DNA of 63,594 nucleotides, filler included, from Collodictyon triciliatum (GCA_043381765.1; 5 parts of 5 records of this genome joined end to end with filler, not necessarily neighbours in it), one strand, 5' to 3'. Shown: positions 37,354 to 57,027, counted from the whole stretch's first letter. Numbers and translations are program-made. The notes: generated from the letters alone by a model not told the origin.

Positions 37354-38190
37354 ACGAACCCGATCCCTTCTCTGCTTTTTTTTAAATATAGTGTCGTTTT
37401 CGTTTTTATTCTCTTTTCATTTTTTAACCCCTTTTTTCCACTCAAGAAAAAAAAATGTAAGTTCGACGGGTAATGAAGGGTCTGCTTTTCGCGCGGCAAC
37501 GAGACCCAACCGCATAAACCCCTGAGTCGGACACCTTTTTCGGTTGTTGCACGCCAAAGAGACATGGTCTTCCGCAATCTGTATTGCATCGAGCGTGAGT
37601 CAATATCTGTTTGCAACAAAAGTTATTCGGTCAGCAGGTCTTTATCGAAAAATCAGGTATCAAAACATGCGCATCCATTCAACATGGTTTGGACATCCTA
37701 GTAGGTTGCACATCAGCAAAGAGGCTTCGAAAGTAAGCCACCAAAAATAGGCACACGCAACCCTCGTTCGCCTCTCATCAAATGACAACCGCATCACCTG
37801 CTCGAGTTGGTCACAGGAGAAAGTGTGTAAAAATTAGCCAATAGATTACTATTTGTTCATGACAGAGACTTAACCCTAATGCGTCCAGTATAGCCACGTA
37901 TCTTGCCATAAGAAGACACTCGAGTACCACATGGTGCTGTCTTGGTTGCAAATGGCCGCTTTTATTCATTTATCCCTGGATGCGGCGATGAGATTTGCAT
38001 CCTTTCGCGATTCGCCTATGGATTGAGCCTGGTTGATTGCGAATTCTGAGCTGTTATTGCCAACATTCTCGAGTCAAACTCTGTAGAAAACTGCATGAAA
38101 GATTGTACCAGAATGGTTAATATAAGCAGGTTTCATAAGTTCCTGTTCTCGTGCGACTCTCGAGGTATCTGTGCGCCAAATTATTATTTT

Positions 38191-38299
38191 ATGGATTTTT
38201 ATGGATTTTTATGGATTTTTATGGATTTTTATGGATTTTTATGGATTTTTATGGATTTTTATGGATTTTTATGGATTTTTATGGATTTTTATGGTTTTT
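38191..38299. repeat. (ATGGATTTTT)n minisatellite
   Basis: 10-mer tandem array seen directly. Confidence 0.95.
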
Positions 38300-39907
38300 G
38301 ATATTGTTGGTTTTGTGGAGAAAGTCGATTTTCAAAGCTCCGAGATTTTAGAAGTCTTGCTGCACCCTCACCTATTCCAGATATAAAATCGAGCTTTATC
38401 CATTTATGTGCCTCCTTTTTATTCCAGAATTGTATTTACTTGACTTTGTAACTTATTTTGGAGCACCTTACCAAGTTTCCAAATAGAATAGAAATGGTCT
38501 AAATTGGACATTTTGTCACAAAAAGGAATAAGATTAATCTATCTGATTGCAATCACTAATCACTAATGGTAATTCACAACGAAAAATCGAAAAGGACAAC
38601 TCCTTATTTAGAACCTCGCCAAGCCTTATGACTTTCTATATATGTGACATTCGTGTGTCCAACCTCCTTATAAGGTAGTTAGGTAGATCCGAAGGTACGG
38701 AACCCTCCCCGGAAAATTTCCATGTATTGATGAACCAACGAACTGAAGACAAAGTCGCTGCTTTTGGAAGGCCGGGTTTTCCGCCATCGAGTCCAGGAAG
38801 GCTCACATTTGCGCGTGAATTCCGCCTGTTTTCGAAAAGCAGAAAGATTTCCCAAAGCAAAAGCCCACAAGAAATTCGTCGGAAACAAGTGTCGCCACCC
38901 AAGAGAGAAAAAAAAAAGTGAATTGATTAAGAAACTCAATTAAAAAAAAACTCAATTAAAAAAACGGAGCTTTCGCAACGCCGCGGCAAAAGGCGAAGGC
39001 GAATCTTTAGCCAAGTGCGTCGTGGGGATATAATGCTCTGCACAGACACAGTTCGCCAATTGAAAGCGACCCCGAGGCTTCGCAGTCACATATCGGTTGT
39101 TTGGAGAACGAAGCCAGCGGGTTCAGAATATGTTTCATCCTGGTTTGATGTGCCCGACTTTGTACCAAGCACGCAACACCTTGCTTTGCAAAGAGAAAGA
39201 GAAAGTGAAAGTGAAAGTGTGAAAGCTCAACGCCCTTCACCATGTGCCTTATTCCTTCCCCGCTTGCTCTTTGGGGCTCTGGGCTATTTGGGCGGTGCTT
39301 TCTTTTACGACCTCCCCAATTAGGTGTCTCGTCTAGAGACCATCTTCATTAAGGTCGATCATCCAATCGATTTCGACAGGCAAGGCCACGAATCAATCCG
39401 CCGATGAATGAATCGCCTTCGATCGGTCGGTTGCTGTGTGTGCGTGTCAAAGAGGGCAGTGAACGCCCGACCAGAAACGACAAACCGAGAAACAAACAAG
39501 AAGAGCGGAATCGTGTGGCGTGCCAGCCGAGAATCTAGAAGGTGGGGCGGTTCACAGGCTGCTTTTCCGCTTTGATTCTTGAGGCCCTGTCCTAATCCGC
39601 CTCCCCGCCGATGAATCGCCCAGCCATGTCTTTGCGATTTCCTCTTGCTGTGGCGGGTTGGCATGCTAACCTCCACCGAGTAAACAGCGACTGCCAGCGT
39701 CCTTCTTTCTTCTTTCGACCCACTTAGATTCTGCATCCAGAAACACCAAAGCTAGACTCTGATTGGCTCCATTCCCTCCTCAGCGCAAACTAATGCCCGC
39801 AGCTGCCTTTGCTTATCCACAACCCATACTTATCCCACACAACACATTCCGCTCACATACCTAATCCGCAAATCGTCTACGCATCCCAACCCCAACCCAG
39901 GGACGAA

Positions 39908-41149
39908 ATGCACCCGTACGCAATAACCACGACTTCGCGGCAGACAGCTGAGTCGACCGGCATTCCAGAGCTGTCAGGATTTCTGCAGTTGCACCCGCAT
40001 CCACCTGCCTCTGCTCCTCTCCTATTGGCGCCGGCACTCACTTCGTCATCTGTGCAGCGGCGTGTGCGAGAGCGAGCAGCCCAGGCCGAATGGCAAACAC
40101 ACAGTGTGCGACCTGAAATAGACTCTGACAAGGACAAGGACAAGGGCAAGGGGAAAGGTAAAGAAAAGGACACGGACAAGGACAAGGACAAGGACAAGCG
40201 CAAGCCAATCAACCCATACATCGCCTTCACTCTCATCACCCGGCGTGAGCGACTCCGCACCGATCCTTTCATCGGCAACAAGCAACTTGTCCTTGAAATC
40301 GGCCGCCGGTGGAATGATGCTTCTGACGACGAAAAGGCATATTATGCCGCCCTTGCCCGCAGGATGACAGCCGATCGCCTCCCACTTCGCAGTCCACACA
40401 ACGCCTTGGCCTTGGCTTCCTACGCCCCGTATACTCCGTGTGCGCCTGCCAACGTGCCTGCCAACCTGTCCATGCCTATCCATAGCTCTTACATGTCAGC
40501 CCCTACATCTGCCAGTTTTCCGGCTCCCTTTAGTCCTCCTGCCAGTTCGATATTACCTGTCAATGTGCCTGCCAACCTGTCCATGCCTATCCATAGCTCT
40601 TACATGCCAGCCCCTACATCTGCCAGTTTTCCGGCTCCCTTTAGTCCTCCTGACAGTTCGACGTCGCTTGTCAATAATATGTACGTCCCAGGTAATATCT
40701 CAACACCGCTCAGCATCCCGTGCTCTCCTTTTAGTGTCGGAATACCCGTGAATAGCTCGTATGCACTGGACAATCTGTCGGCTTCAGTCGGCCCAAACTG
40801 TTTTTTTCGTGGGCTTACAACACCAACAAATATCGCTACGCCTGCGTCTCCATCTGCTTTCGCCCTTCCATTAGAGCTGACGCACTCAAACCAGCCGCAG
40901 CTTTCAGTCCCATACTCGCCGGTGACATCTGCAGCTTCTCTTCACATTCACTCCCTCTCACCTCATCCCCAATTCATTTTTTCTGCGCTCGGTGCTAAGC
41001 CATTGTCGGTTTCTATCCCCATCCAAGCTCCACAACCAGTGCCTGCAGCTACTCTGACCCAGAGCCAAGCCGGCTTCCCGTCCGTGTCTTTTGCTTCTCC
41101 GTCTTCCCTATACTCTCACTCGCCTTCTCAACATGCAAAATTTCTTTGA
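39908..41149 (+). CDS. Single-exon HMG-box protein with a Pro/Ser-rich C-terminal region (putative transcription factor)
   Basis: Open frame from ATG 39908. HMG box KRKPINPYIAFTLITRRERLRTDPFIGNKQLVLEIGRRWNDASDDEKAYYAALA, preceded by a DK-repeat tract. Confidence 0.9.
   Translation: MHPYAITTTSRQTAESTGIPELSGFLQLHPHPPASAPLLLAPALTSSSVQRRVRERAAQAEWQTHSVRPEIDSDKDKDKGKGKGKEKDTDKDKDKDKRKPINPYIAFTLITRRERLRTDPFIGNKQLVLEIGRRWNDASDDEKAYYAALARRMTADRLPLRSPHNALALASYAPYTPCAPANVPANLSMPIHSSYMSAPTSASFPAPFSPPASSILPVNVPANLSMPIHSSYMPAPTSASFPAPFSPPDSSTSLVNNMYVPGNISTPLSIPCSPFSVGIPVNSSYALDNLSASVGPNCFFRGLTTPTNIATPASPSAFALPLELTHSNQPQLSVPYSPVTSAASLHIHSLSPHPQFIFSALGAKPLSVSIPIQAPQPVPAATLTQSQAGFPSVSFASPSSLYSHSPSQHAKFL
40454..40661 (+). 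repeat. Intragenic tandem duplication with a 111-nt period (37 codons) in the HMG gene
   Basis: VPANLSMPIHSSYMSAPTSASFPAPFSPPASS and VPANLSMPIHSSYMPAPTSASFPAPFSPPDSS; copies start at 40454 and 40565 and are nearly identical at DNA level. Confidence 0.95.
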
Positions 41150-42038
41150 GCGTGTTCCATCGAAGTTATCTTTGGTTGTCCTTCTATAATGACCCACCTT
41201 GTTCTCATCGGCTATTCCTTTAATCAGCATACTGTCTTGTAATTCTTGTGTTATCAAGCTCTGTCACTCATATAATTGCAAGAGCAGCCATAACTTTCTC
41301 AAGACTCTCACAGTGTGTGGGTCGATACCTAATCCTTGTTTTTGATACACTCTGCAACTTCGATTACCTTTCTCAATACCCCTCCAAATACCAGAGAAGT
41401 ATAAATTACACGTTTCCGTGCCCGCATGGTATTTTGTATTTTTGCTTATGTCTCCTTTCTCCTGGGGTCATATCTTGCTTCCTCAAAAGGTTTTCGCATT
41501 AGATGGAACATATACCTTTTCCAGTGTCAATATACACCGATTTTGACACTCCCACTCTGAATGAAACCACTGTATTCCTAAGTCTATACTATTACAGTAG
41601 CAACAAGAAAAAAAAGAGGGAGAAATAGGAAGAAATCCCATGACCCTTTTCCCCAAGCACCCTGGTCGTCCTCATATTCTTTCGAATGAGCTCGCCACCG
41701 AATAATACCCTATCCAATCGCGATCAAGCTGCATAAAAAAAAATCATAAAATACAGCAGATAATTCTTTAAAAAAAAAAAGCTTTCTCACAACAGTAATC
41801 CAAAAGGAAGCGCAGTTTGCGAAGCGGTAAGTTTCTTTTTCGGAGTTTGATTCATTTTAATCGTGGCTCACATGCCGGTTGAATAGTTGAGATGAATGAT
41901 AACACGCATGATGGTTTCTCGCTCAGCTTAGATAGAGTATATCTTGAAAATAAGGTAGTATTTTCTAAAAAAAAAAAAAAAATCAACATAATAATCAAAT
42001 GAATGGGTGCACTTAGTTCAATTCCAAAAACCACCAGA

Positions 42039-42964
42039 CTAGCGTATTCTGACGACCAACAACCCACGATTCTCCTCGGCAAATCGATACTCATTGCTTT
42101 CCAAGAGATCAATAACGGCTGGTTTGATTCGAGCAACTCCTCCGGCGCTATGGCGACCAGCACCCGTGATGATTCCCAATTCAGAAGGGCCTAGGCCAAC
42201 CCACCAAATTACTATGCTATTTCTTTTTGCTTTTTGTAGTGTACGCTATGAACTTATGCCAATTACCGTTAGGAACTCCCTCCAGAATCTGGAGAGTAGC
42301 ATCCACATAGGTGATTGCTTCGTTGACAAACATGCCATGCAAGTCAATCGTCATCACATTGCGACCGCTCTGAATACTATTGTGGGTGTGGGTGTGGGTG
42401 AAATAGATTATTTTTTTTTTGCAGAAAAAATGAATAGAAGCTTCCATCCTTCCTGGAAAAGTTTTTTGTTTGGTTTAAAAATATGCAAAAAAACAAAACA
42501 AAATAAAAAAAAGACATAAAGTCAAGAATTTTCTATTGAAATAAGAACCTCTCCCCAACTTTTGACATGCTAGCTTTCTTGTGAAGCTCCATCATCTCCC
42601 TCGATATATCGTTGACCTTTTTGTGAAAAAGCTTTTTCAGTCTGTAACTGTCCTACGCTCGTGTAGGGTGTAGTGGGTGTGGATTTTCCATATATACCTC
42701 GCCTTGGACCTTCTTTGCCTCTGCTGGATTACCGAGAGAATAAAGTCTTGCCATGTACCGAAGTAATGCGTTTCGTTCGAGACTGAGCTCTTTTGCTTGC
42801 CTCAGGCATTTTGCAGGGTCTGTTATTAATGAAAAGGGAATAAGTATATTGATATGAGCAAAAATTGTATGGGCGTAACGTGACGTCAGAACCTGAAATA
42901 ACACTTGTATCAAAAAAGAAAGGAAATGGAATGATTCTATGTGTAAAGGAGTAATAAAATCGTT

Positions 42965-43000
<36 letters not shown>

Positions 43001-45139
43001 TTCTTGTGTGTGTTTCTTTTTTTTTTTTTTTTTNNNNNNNNNNNNNNNNNNNNNNNNNNNNNNNNNNNNNNNNNNNNNNNNNNNNNNNNNNNNNNNNNNN
43101 NNNNNNNNNNNNNNNNNNNNNNNNNNNNNNNNNAAAAAAAACATTCTTTTTTTTTTTTTTTTTTTTTTGGAAACAACCAATGGTGGAGGCTTATCACCGT
43201 ATATGATCTCATGAATATGGCTAGTTGGATGATTATCTATCAAATGGTGTTCGAACTACAAACCAATCCTCGATGATGATTTCGGAAAGACAACCGCAGG
43301 CTTGGGTACAGCGACAGATACTGTTTGGTAATCATGAATCTTGACACGTTTAATCGGTTTGTAAGAGATCAGTTGTTATTTTTGATTAGGCGAAAAAGTA
43401 ATACGAACATAACCCTTAAATACATCGTTGTAAAAAAAAATCTCTACCAATGGCCTGAACGGTGGGTTCTGGGCGGGGCCTTGTTTTTTTCCGGCAGACG
43501 AGAAAGACCTTTCGATTTGGCCCCAATCAGTTGCTGAATATTTTGAATATATGTTAGTTAGAAGAATAACATATATTGTGTCTTCTGTTGTGAGTCTAAA
43601 AGAGCTATTTGGGATTGGATTAAAACAAGATACGGCTTCCTGAATGTTAATGGTGTCACCTGGATAAAGAATTCTCAAGTCTTTGATTGAAGGAGCGATT
43701 GCATAGTCATGGTTGATAAGAATCCCCTTGACAACAGCCGGGTCAGCGCCAGTTATGCTTTCACATAATTTACCAAAAATCAACTTGTCCCGAAGATTTT
43801 CTGATTGATTTCCAGTTCCTTGGCCCCAACTAATAGCCATAATTGAAATAAGAAAAAATGGTATGCGTAGTGTATGTTCCATCCAAAATAATATATGACT
43901 TTATCCAGACCGATATAACTGATAAAATTCAAACTCTTACACAGGACCAGGTGGCTTCTTCTGTGGGCTCTTTTGCGGTATCATATTAGGAAAATCTTGG
44001 TTTGTGGAGCTGTATGTTTTACCCATGAAAATGGGTCTTGCTGGTGAATAGGTAGGAGATGATATCATTTGGTTTTCATAGTCCAACTCAGCCAGCTTTT
44101 CCTTCGTTAGCTCATAGTTTTTGTCGTAATTATAATAGACTGATGATATAATTTGTTTATCGATATTTTGGAATGCAGCTTCGAGGCTTTTAATGTTGCT
44201 CAGATCTTTTTCTGAAGGCATCCTTTTATCTCTCGATTTTTTCTATATTTTTTCATCGATATATACAATTGGATAATATTTTAAAACCTGAATAATAAGA
44301 AGATAATTTACATTTTAAGATATCATATAAATGTATTTTTTGTTTTCTTATATAACTTGTTTTATACATCATATAAACCTACCTGATTTTTTTTCTTTGG
44401 TGTCGATGGGGTTCTCTTGGGTCTAAAAATTATAGTTATTGGATGAAAACAATATTAGACTTGCTGAAACGAAAAATTCAACAATGGCAATAGCTCATGC
44501 AAAGAAGAGTACAAAATATTGCAAACATGGGTTTCCCTTGGAGGAGGTGCTCGATTACTTCAGTCTTTTCTTTGTAGAGTGTGAACAGTTGTAGAATTTC
44601 GTCTTCTGTATTGTTTGGAAACATCTCCAAAATTTCAGACACCTCCTTGTCTTTTCCCGACTTCTAAGGTGATGAGGGAGTTAAAATTTAGGCCATAAAA
44701 ATAACATGTAAAAATAAATATGAACGAATTCTACAAATAAATATTAAATAAACTGTCCGCGTAAAAATAAGCTGAAATTGGTTATGTCTTCGGTATGAAA
44801 CACTTGGAAACCTTTTGCTTGGATGTAATTTGTGTGTTTGAATGGGAAGTGTTCCAGAAATCCAACTCCTAGGTCATGGATTCGTATAATCCAGAATTAT
44901 TTAATATAAGGAATCAAGTACATTTTTATTTGAAATCAGAAATATTATTAATTTGTTTCATCATTGAATTACATATATGAAGTACATAATATATATATAT
45001 ATATTGCTTTGTATTATTCACATGCCTCAGAGTCAACAGGAGGCTCTTCTTCAGTGCAGGCGTTTCCGTTATATGCGTCGAGATAGTCTATTACTTTACT
45101 TATGTCATCCGGATAGCAAATAAGAAGATTTTGAATCAC
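42039..45139 (-). CDS. Smr-domain endonuclease with multiple CUE/UBA-like domains and a DUF1771-like helix (Cue2/N4BP2-like)
   Basis: Smr: TIDLHGMFVNEAITYV..|ELGIITGAGRHSAGGVARIKPAVIDLL..NRGLLVVRIR*. CUE-like segments: ILEMFPNNTEDEILQLF, LEAAFQNIDKQIISSVYYNYDKNYELTKEKL, LCESITGADPAVVKGILINHDYAIAPSIKDL. The 5' end is uncertain because of gap 45264-45363. Confidence 0.88.
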
Positions 45140-45168
45140 CTTTACATGATGTGTGCAAATTTTAGTAA

Positions 45169-45263
<95 letters not shown>

Positions 45264-45452
45264 NNNNNNNNNNNNNNNNNNNNNNNNNNNNNNNNNNNNN
45301 NNNNNNNTTAATTAATTAANNNNNNNNNNNNNNNNNNNNNNNNNNNNNNNNNNNNNNNNNNNNTTTCTTTTCTTTTCTTTTCTTTTCTTTTCTTTTCTTT
45401 TCTTTTCTTTTCTTTTCTTTTCTTTTCTTTTCTTTTCTTTTCTTTTCTTTTC
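45169..45452. repeat. (AAT)n and (TTTTC)n arrays flanking a linker gap
   Basis: Seen directly. Confidence 0.9.
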
Positions 45453-46403
45453 TTCTTTTCTTTCTTCTTTTCTTTCTTCTTTTCTTTCTTCTTTTTCCTT
45501 CTTTTTCCTTCTTTTTTTTTTCTTCTCCATTCATACATCTGATCATCTTTGGTATAATTTCTAGGGTAATAATCGAGATTCAGCTGGAGTCTTCTCCAAC
45601 GAATTGCAAGGAAGTTGAGGGTGTCTTTAAAAGCGACCACGTCTATTGCATGGCTTCAGGAATAGTTGGAGACACAATGAAGCTGTTTCTGTATGGACAG
45701 GAGGTTGCTCCTTCTCATGCTTCTATGATTTTTGTTTTTTTTTTGTTTTTTGTTTTTTTTTTGTCTGAATATGAATTCTTTTGGTTCACTGTTCCTAATT
45801 TGCATATTGTTTTCACATCACTCAGTCAAATGGGGCTTTCATGTTTGCCGAGTTTGTGATTAAAATGTCGCTCCGCAAAGTGACCGCGACAATCAAGGTG
45901 GACCAGCCGGACGCACAGGACAGCTTTGTGGAGTATATCGAAGCGGTGTCGAGAAAGATATAATCGCGCCCAGAAACATGGATACACAGACATATGTAGT
46001 CTGGGCTGACCCTCATTGGCACACTCATCACAGTCACAAACACATAAAACAAAAAGAAAAATAGAGAACACATCATCATCATTTTCATTTTTTTGATACC
46101 TTTAAAGTGAAATACATGAAGGGGGAAAATAATAATAATAATAAATTTGCAGTTATCCGAACGATTACAATTGCTTGGTTTCTGTTTCTCGCGGTTTTTT
46201 TTTTTTGTTCCATCTTCCCCTAGTCTGTTTGATCCCAGCGCGTTGGGTAGACACCTTGATAATATATCAAAAAGTTCTTTTCCTTTTTTTTTAAAAAAAA
46301 AAAAAATTAAATTAAATAAAGATACAAGTATAAAGAAGAGGTCCACGCGTATCGCTTTATGTCGAAATTGCATGCGCGCGGTGGGTCGGTGAGATAACTG
46401 GCT

Positions 46404-52586
<6,183 letters not shown>

Positions 52587-53552
52587 GGAAAGAGACAAAG
52601 AGAAAGAAACAAACTTTCTTATTTTCCCTTCTACTTTTTTATCCTGTTGAGTTAAAAAAAATATCAGCACGATATTGTATTTCTTTTTATCATTACTGCT
52701 ATTATTATTAAGGGCACCGATATTGCCAAGCTACACGCCCTGAAAGGAGGACTCGCACTAGTGATCGTTTGCAACAAAAATAAAATAAAATAAGAAAGGC
52801 TCGTTATTCACTCATCTCTGAACTCTCGATCACGCTTAACCCAGCATCTTTGATCGGAGTACACGTCTTTAGTTAAGTCGACTCGCTTTGTTTGCTTTTG
52901 TTTGCTTTTGTTTGCTTTTGTTTGCTTTTGTTTGCTTTTGTTTTCTATGCTATGTTATTTTTGTTTGTGTCTCTGTCCCAGCCTCCCCGAAGACAAGTCT
53001 TCATTCCCCTCGCGCGTACTCCTTCAGGAAGAAACGGATGGTGCTGTTTGGCCGAAACGTTGCGATTTGTCGTTGTTGTTTGTCTTCTACTCTCTTTTCC
53101 ATATTGGTTTGGTTTTTCCTTTAAAAAAAGAAAAAGAAAAGAACAATAATTCATGATGGTAATGGTAAAAGCAGCAACTGCGGCGCTATTGAGAGGCGTG
53201 GGGCAGTGTGGTCGGTAATCTGTCTAACGCCCATGGGCCGAATATGAATATTTTCTTTGAAAAGATGATGGGCTGTCAATCGAGCGTTATTTGGTGTCTT
53301 TTTAGAGAAACCGAAAGCCTGCGGGCCGTGGAGGTTAGTCAAGCTCGCTCATTTCGTTCTCAGCATCGGTTGCCTTCATCTCCTCTTCGACATCGTCATT
53401 CAGAAGGATATACTGGACTACCAACGTAATCATTTCCATGATTTCCTCGTCACTTTCGTCAAGGTGCCAATCACGAAGCACAGGATACTTTGGGACGTGA
53501 AATGTGATAAAATGAATAAATAAATAAAAAAAAAAGTTTGGCTTGCAGCCAA

Positions 53553-54022
53553 AATTTTATTTTTGTTTTTATTTTTGTTTTTTGTTTTTTGTTTTTTGTT
53601 TTTTGTTTTTTGTTTTTTGTTTTTTATTTTTTGTTTTTTATTTTTTGTTTTTTATTTTTTGTTTTTTATTTTTTGTTTTTTATTTTTTGTTTTTTATTTT
53701 TTGTTTTTTATTTTTTGTTTTTTATTTTTTGTTTTTATTTTTTGTTTTTTGTTTTTTGTTTTTTGTTTTTTGTTTTTTGTTTTTTGTTTTTTGTTTTTAT
53801 TTTNNNNNNNNNNNNNNNNNNNNNNNNNNNNNNNNNNNNNNNNNNNNTTAATTAATTAANNNNNNNNNNNNNNNNNNNNNNNNNNNNNNNNNNNNNNNNN
53901 NNNAGAGAAAGAGAAAGAGAAAGAGAAAGAGAAAGAGAAAGAGAAAGAGAAAGAGAAAGAGAAAGAGAAAGAGAAAGAGAAAGAAAAAGAAAAAGAAAAA
54001 GAAAAAGAAAAAGAAAAAGAAA
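53553..54022. repeat. T-rich (TTTTTTG/A)n and (GAAAGA)n arrays flanking a linker gap
   Basis: Seen directly. Confidence 0.9.
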
Positions 54023-54475
54023 GTTATGTCACTCCAGCCCAGCGCGCCCAAGTCAGCCAACACAGCCGAGTCGGTCTGGCGATCATCCGGCATCGGCGCA
54101 CTTGAATAAGCAGCACACAGCCACGAAATTAAAGCAAAGACATAATGATATCATGGATATATTACAGTACAATTTATCCGGTGTCCGTTCCTGCAAAGTA
54201 ATCCAGATATGTGCCTATTCTACGAATTGCGGAAAAGTAAACAAAAAGTCACAACACAACCACCTGAGTTCGATCACTTTACAGAACACAGCTTCGTCTC
54301 TCGAGCGCATCATCAACAGAATCTGTCCATTATCCTTCTGGTCATATGTTATCGCCACGTAAGGATTTGTGCGAATCCTTTTCACTCACCCAAAATATTT
54401 TTTTTTTATTATTATTATCAGCACTTATCATCATTCCAGGAGTGTGTGGTGCTCAAGTAGCAAAGCGTGGCACGG

Positions 54476-54624
54476 ATGAAGGAGCTTGTTCTGAAGCAGA
54501 CTTACAACCTCCCTTTTGACGAAGTGGTGGACCGGTTTATTCTGAGTGACGACTTTCGTGAAGAGTATCACCGGTCGTTAGGACACTCGGGTAAAAAAAA
54601 AAAAAAAAAGATGATGCTTTTTAT

Positions 54625-54666
<42 letters not shown>

Positions 54667-56928
54667 NNNNNNNNNNNNNNNNNNNNNNNNNNNNNNNNNN
54701 NNNNNNNNNNNNNNNNNNNNNNNNNNNNNNNNNNNNNNNNNNNNNNNNNNNNNNNNNNNNNNNNNNTCTCTCTCTCTCTCTCCTTTTTTTTTTTTTCGGT
54801 ACCTTTTTCTTTACTACAGACACTGTTATATAGTCTTGCGTTTTGTTACTGTGAGTCAAATGAATGCCCTTCATTATCCCTCCTTTTTTTCCCCCTTTTT
54901 TTTTTGGTTTTATTTGATTTGTAACAAATAGGAGTTCTTTTTTTTTTTCTTTGTTGGTTTGTGCAGTATCGGTACGTACTTTATCCTCATCAACTCGAGA
55001 GTCTTCTTGGTACATCTCTAACCCTTTCGTTGTTTCGTAAACCAGAGATTATGATTCGACCGTGGGATGCAAGCAATGTCCGCCTCGTTTCTTTTGAAAC
55101 TCCGTTTCGAGCACCAGAAATGGTCAAGAAATTACTTGGCCTAGGTAAGGCTTTGCAACTTGAGAAATGCTTACAAGAACAATTATACCCTCTCTATTTA
55201 TATTTTTATATTATTGGTTTTTTCCCTTTCTCTCCATTGTTACTAACGGTTCTGATAGGTAAGTCTGCCACTACCTCTGTCAAACAAGAGCAAAAGCGCA
55301 ACAAAATGGAAGGGTGATGGATTTTCCAATTAATTTGGACAACACTTGCCCACTTTTTACTTTACTCTCATACAGTAATTACGGAGAAGTAAAAGAAACC
55401 TAACGAAATTGTGTTTACCTTGTGCCTCATATTCATATTGATTTAAGTCATATCTCCTTTCTTTTCATTCAAACGGAGGGAATCATCATGACCTTAAAAA
55501 ATACTGACGGCTCTATAATCACTCTGACTCTTCTGAGTAGGAAATATGTGATATCCATTCGAACGATATTGAGTGGGGTTCCCTTTGCCGAGCATTTTAT
55601 GATGGTCGCCAGTCTCATCGCTGAAAAGCTGGTTCGTACCATATCCCATTCAAATCGAGTTGAATATACCATCAATTGATTTATATTCACATCCCATTTC
55701 CCCCTCATAATTATGAAATCCAGCCAACAGTGACACAAATGTCAATCGAATGTCAGCTGGAATTCACCGGAAAAATGATTGGTGCCAAAGGTTGATCTCA
55801 TCGTTATTTGTCTGTACATCTGGGAACTGTCTAATTACTTAGTTTGCCTCTATTAGGTCCTATTGAGAAACAAATGCTCCAGGATTCAGAGCTGTCTTGG
55901 CAGGCTTATCTCGATATGGCCTCAAAAAAAGCCATTGAACTCAGCGTTGGGCATTCTATTTTATATTTATTTTATGCTGTAGTTCTCTTTTCATCAAGTT
56001 TCTTTTGTTTCATTATCTGTCAAGCATTTGTGTGACTTTCCTCTCACAATTATGTCTTATTAATACCAGCAAAAAGTTACCGAAATCCCTCAAGCATTAT
56101 TAACGCCAGCCCCAGCTGCATCGGAGGTTTCCTACTTTCTTAAGAACTGGTCGCACTCATGATTCTATGGTTTTATTTAACCATTTTATTTTCGTTCAAA
56201 GCGTATAATTATTTTATTTTATCTATAGAAAGGAGAGCCAATAGAGGCAACACCGAGCACTGCCGGCTCTGAGACGAAATTGACTCAAGGTATCGGATAA
56301 TGCTACTTTAAAGATATGACGGAAATGCAAATGAGGTTTTTTTTTTCTTTGGTCGCATTATCAATCAATTTTTTGCCATGGTTTGAATAGGTTTCAAAGC
56401 AACTCCGTCGGACAGTACACCCACCATAATAAATAGCCTAGGTCCTCTAACATACCGATAAAAATTCTAAAAATGACGACTAAAAATCTACTTTTTATTT
56501 TTCAATCGTTTTCATAAATATAATAACTGCATCATAGAATAATGCTTTTTATATAGTTTTAATATCATGATTCATATATATTCCTTCTTTTTTTCTTTTT
56601 TTTTATCGTGTAGAATCTAAGGAGCGGAACGAAGCAACAATTCGCACATTGAAAAGTGAACTTGAATCTTCCCAAAAACAAAAAGTAACCATTGATAGAC
56701 TTCTGTCCGCAATATATCGACCAACGTTTTTTTTTTCTGGATGATATTTTTCCTATAATCCACTTTCATTCACTCTTTTTAGGTAACCCTACAGAAGAAA
56801 GTCAGGGAATTGGAGGAAAAGGTGGCTGAGGTGCAGAATAAAATACTTCAGCTATCAAATATGAAGAAAAATGCTGCCACCAAGCAGATTATTCAAGAGC
56901 TCAGGTGAAACATGGCGCCTTAAAAATC

Positions 56929-57027
<99 letters not shown>

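Noticed and set aside
38191..38299. Tandem arrays as CRISPR or telomeric repeats
   Set aside because: No spacers or cas genes, eukaryotic context, and the units differ at each locus and are internal.
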